NCBI GenBank assembly: GCA_947487175.1
Contig: CANKVM010000002.1
Span: 1 to 60,487 of the forward strand
Direction: 5' to 3'
Length of the DNA: 60,487 bases
Source of the DNA: Flavobacteriales bacterium
GTDB lineage: Bacteria; Bacteroidota; Bacteroidia; NS11-12g; UBA955
The notes under the pieces are model-generated. The model searched no databases. It was not told the origin of the DNA and was given only the letters and a program-made list of their open reading frames with translations. How positions within the stretch are numbered: position 1 is the stretch's first letter; each line of letters starts with the position of its first letter. The position numbers and the translations under genes were made by a program. Shown one piece after another: positions 60,466 to 60,487 of this stretch.

Positions 60466-60487
60466 TTTACTTTCCATCTGCGTTTTA

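Noticed and set aside
1-60487. Search for CRISPR arrays, tRNA/rRNA/tmRNA genes, IS elements, integrases, toxin-antitoxin pairs or defence-system signatures
   Set aside because: All non-coding gaps are under 400 bp. By eye they contain no direct-repeat/spacer periodicity, no cloverleaf-compatible sequences and no terminal inverted repeats. No ORF shows transposase, integrase, nuclease, or helicase-plus-unknown combinations beyond housekeeping recQ. Absence is judged by eye only.

Overview
This is an AT-rich, densely coding chromosomal segment that looks like a Bacteroidota (Flavobacteriales-like) genome. The evidence is T9SS type A and type B C-terminal sorting domains, TAnnTTTG -7 promoter boxes, A-rich start contexts without Shine-Dalgarno sequences, BshA, and a PcrB-family prenyltransferase. 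I call 46 protein-coding genes (one runs off the 5' edge), 1 pseudogene remnant, 6 hairpin terminators and a set of candidate -7 boxes. I saw no rRNA, tRNA, CRISPR array, transposase, integrase or phage genes. Most genes are housekeeping: recQ, proS, nrdJ, metF, rsgA, tadA, miaB, fabD, kpsF, bshA, two ABC-F ATPases and several peptidases. Among them sit four very large secreted PKD/beta-helix/beta-propeller surface proteins (T9SS cargo). I did not find a clear-cut new multi-gene system; there is no defence-island-like cluster. The best leads are: (i) An archaeal-type GGGP/HepGP synthase (PcrB) homologue coupled to an unknown 2-TM protein, next to a polyprenyl synthase-BCCP-GT-C membrane protein operon (34.8-39.8 kb). 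(ii) A promoter/alternative-hairpin/terminator leader upstream of an EamA transporter (22.46-22.60 kb), which is a candidate unclassified attenuator or riboswitch. (iii) An orphan FecR-type anti-sigma gene split into two ORFs (51.3-52.3 kb). (iv) A DsbA-family gene reduced to fused N- and C-terminal fragments by an internal deletion (60.33-60.47 kb). (v) -7 boxes that abut start codons, implying many leaderless or very short-leader mRNAs. All product calls rest on motif recognition by eye, with no database search.
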